Shown piece by piece: positions 63,565 to 64,000 of a stretch of 64,000 nucleotides of DNA (within the stretch, counting starts at the first letter, position 1; each line of letters starts with the position of its first letter). The notes beneath the pieces were generated by a model that saw only the letters and a program-made list of their open reading frames with translations, had not been told where the DNA came from and did no database searches. This stretch comes from Octopus bimaculoides (taxonomy: Eukaryota). The stretch is from assembly GCF_001194135.2 (NCBI RefSeq), contig NC_068982.1:5015691-5079690 (forward strand), given 5' to 3'. The translations under genes were made by a program, and so were the position numbers.

Positions 63565-63785
63565 TATATACATACATATACACACACATACATACATACA
63601 TGTATATACATAGATATACACACACATACATATATATATATACATAGATATACACACACATACATATATATACATAAATATATATATATATACACGTCAC
63701 ACACACACATATATATATACATACAGGTGGTGCTATTCAGTTAGACATGGCCTGGACCAATCTTTGGTCAACACATATCCAAGTT

Positions 63786-63838
<53 letters not shown>

Positions 63839-63860
63839 TATATATGTATGTATGTATATA
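63470..63860. repeat. Compound (TA)/(CA)/(TACA) microsatellites
   Basis: Direct reading; source of the YI/CV-rich ORFs. Confidence 0.95.
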
Positions 63861-64000
63861 TATATTTAATATCATCTGGGTAATAACCTCATAACGTGCA
63901 TTTCAAAGCTCCAATACAGTTATCGGCTACCATATGCCATCATACAGCAGGATTACTCCTTTTACTGGATATACATGTGGAAATCTGTTAGTGTTTACAG

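Overview
Eukaryotic, AT-rich, repeat-saturated genomic DNA. The SINE/LINE repertoire and microsatellite style match what I recall of coleoid cephalopods, most likely Octopus; this is an inference, not a database result. I found no intact protein-coding gene, rRNA, true tRNA gene or CRISPR array. The window looks like a very large intron or intergenic interval, possibly of a minus-strand transcription unit with candidate first-exon/promoter segments near 63.1-63.4 kb and 34.0-34.4 kb. Nearly all ORFs in the track are microsatellite translations, antisense repeat reads or decayed retroelement fragments. Recognisable content: many copies of three tRNA-head SINE families (one with a Nin/Deu-like domain); an RTE LINE family whose 3' UTR holds a ~60-66 bp stem-loop minisatellite and ends in (GAT)n; older RTE-like and CR1/L2-like fragments; a Penelope-like element; an R4/Dong-like REL-endonuclease LINE end sitting in (TAA)n; several solo LTR-like elements; mariner-, piggyBac-type and unclassified MITEs; perfect palindromes; and seven N-gaps, two flanked by artefactual duplications. 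I cannot support a new biological system. The best leads are near-abutting inverted retroposon pairs (candidate ADAR substrates), several element classes each sitting in its own microsatellite, a 150-codon frame broken only by three UGA codons, and an X-box plus nuclear-receptor motif cluster. Repeat boundaries are approximate unless TSD/TIR positions are quoted.
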